Positions 63,788 through 64,000 of a DNA stretch of 64,000 nucleotides are shown in pieces. The stretch comes from Octopus vulgaris (taxonomy: Eukaryota): positions 67,828,001-67,892,000 of the forward strand of contig OX597831.1 in assembly GCA_951406725.2 (NCBI GenBank). The letters are read 5' to 3'. The notes beneath the pieces are model-generated. The model searched no databases, was not told the origin of the DNA, and saw only the letters and a program-made list of their open reading frames with translations. Numbering within the stretch: the first letter of the stretch is position 1; each line of letters begins with the position of its first letter. The translations under genes and the position numbers were made by a program.

Positions 63788-64000
63788 ATTCTTTGTAAGC
63801 CTAATACCTATTCTATCGGTCACTTTTGCTGAACCACTAAGTTTCTTGGGATATAAGTATATCAACCTCGGTTGTCACTATTTATAATTTTGTTCCAATT
63901 GTCTTCAAATTTGGTATATGGATTAAGTTTTGTATACTAATTATGAAAATAAAATTAATTTTCCATGTAAGTCCATAATTGAAAAGTTATTAGCCTTTAA

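Overview
AT-rich, microsatellite-dense eukaryotic DNA with no host protein-coding exon I can support. The SINE families and repeat landscape resemble an Octopus/cephalopod genome (inference). The centrepiece is a young, near-intact 5.78 kb Ty3/gypsy LTR retrotransposon (26592-32372, minus strand). It has 600-bp LTRs with two mismatches seen, a tRNA-Trp PBS, a PPT, and a U_UUA_AAC -1 frameshift cassette joining gag to pol. It sits in a (TA)n tract between ~290-bp inverted arms. The rest is a layered transposon graveyard: tRNA-derived SINEs (three head families), relics of Penelope-like, RTE, Tx1/L1, CR1 and R4-like LINEs, mariner, pogo/Tigger and Merlin transposase relics, a Helitron, and piggyBac-, hAT- and Merlin-like MITEs. 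The least obvious signal is a set of minimal type-I hammerhead ribozyme motifs hidden in Penelope-type fold-back (inverted) repeats. Their catalytic cores vary: CUGAGGA, CCGAUGA, CCGACGA and a G3-C8 swapped GUGAACA. All alignments and folds were done by eye; boundaries of old relics are approximate.
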